NCBI GenBank assembly: GCA_013334545.1
Contig: JAAXXJ010000007.1
Location: 3,319-27,318 of the forward strand
Reading direction: 5' to 3'
From: Nitrospirota bacterium
GTDB taxonomy: Bacteria > Nitrospirota > UBA9217
Length of the DNA: 24,000 nt
Made by a program: the position numbers and the translations under genes. Each line of letters starts with the position of its first letter. The first letter of the stretch is position 1. This document shows, piece after piece, positions 23,563 to 24,000 of the stretch. The notes below the pieces were generated by a model. The model was given only the letters and a program-made list of their open reading frames with translations, made no database searches and was not told the origin of the DNA.

Positions 23563-24000
23563 ATGATCTTAGATGAAATCGTTGCATACAAAAAAGAAGA
23601 GCTGGCTGAAACGAAGCGCGGCTCTTCGCTGGCTGATCAGAAAAAGCGGGCCGCTGACGCCGGCCCCCTGCGGGGGTTCGGGGCAGCGCTGACCGCGACA
23701 CACGGCATCAAGCTCATCGCCGAGGTGAAGAAGGCGTCGCCCTCGAAGGGAGTGATCCGCGAGGACTTCGACCCGGTCAGGATCGCCGCGACGTACGGGG
23801 AGGCCGGGGCAACATGCCTGTCGGTCCTGACGGAGAAGCGGTATTTCCAGGGCAGCCTTGCATACCTGGGAGCCATCAGGAGGGCCGTCGGACTCCCGCT
23901 CTTGCGGAAGGACTTCATCGTCGACGAATACCAGATATTCGAGGCCCGTGCGGCAGGGGCGGACGCCATCCTGCTGATCGCTGCCTGTCTGGACAGGCGC
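23563..24000 (+). CDS. trpC: indole-3-glycerol phosphate synthase, N-terminal 146 codons (runs off the right edge)
   Basis: Hand translation from the ATG at 23563: [14 protein letters not shown]...[22 protein letters not shown]...[18 protein letters not shown]...[28 protein letters not shown]. These are the canonical TrpC motifs. It is absent from the ORF track because no stop falls in the window. Confidence 0.9.
   Translation, partial: MILDEIVAYKKEELAETKRGSSLADQKKRAADAGPLRGFGAALTATHGIKLIAEVKKASPSKGVIREDFDPVRIAATYGEAGATCLSVLTEKRYFQGSLAYLGAIRRAVGLPLLRKDFIVDEYQIFEARAAGADAILLIAACLDRR

Overview
Gene-dense, high-GC bacterial chromosomal window (about 60% GC from hand counts of sampled lines). The gene content suggests an anaerobic, cytochrome-rich lineage such as Desulfobacterota or Nitrospirota, but that is inference only. 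No rRNA, tRNA, CRISPR array, transposase or integrase was seen.

Layout:
(1) 1-741: two small membrane proteins, a DUF202 N-terminus and a MarC-family protein.
(2) 924-9708: one long minus-strand operon, with a near-consensus sigma70 promoter at 9768-9796 and a hairpin plus T-run terminator at 829-878. Gene order is outer-membrane beta-barrel, 5-heme lipoprotein cytochrome, 826-aa cytochrome (15 CXXCH plus five interleaved CX5CH/CX9CH sites), ResB/CcsB, CcsA, secreted 160-aa protein, small membrane protein, B12-binding radical SAM enzyme. This is my best candidate for an undescribed system: a porin-cytochrome-type electron conduit that carries its own maturation genes.
(3) 10159-12467: nitroreductase, orphan CheY-like receiver, MBL-fold hydrolase.
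(4) 12670-13937: DUF134 / NifX-like / DsrE-like operon, with a perfect 14-bp palindrome over its promoter.
(5) 14271-16166: gyrB-like type IIA topoisomerase B subunit.
(6) 16364-19960: lower-GC defence islet on the minus strand, made of a type IIG restriction-modification fusion enzyme and three overlapping small toxin/antitoxin-like genes.
(7) 20109-24000: trpE-trpG-trpD-trpC' operon. Every intergenic spacer carries a long inverted or tandem repeat.

Several short interspersed repeat families are present: a ~117-bp element in two copies, a G-rich GGTCAAGGG-type motif in three places, and long imperfect hairpins. Most long ORFs antisense to these genes look like high-GC shadow ORFs and were rejected.
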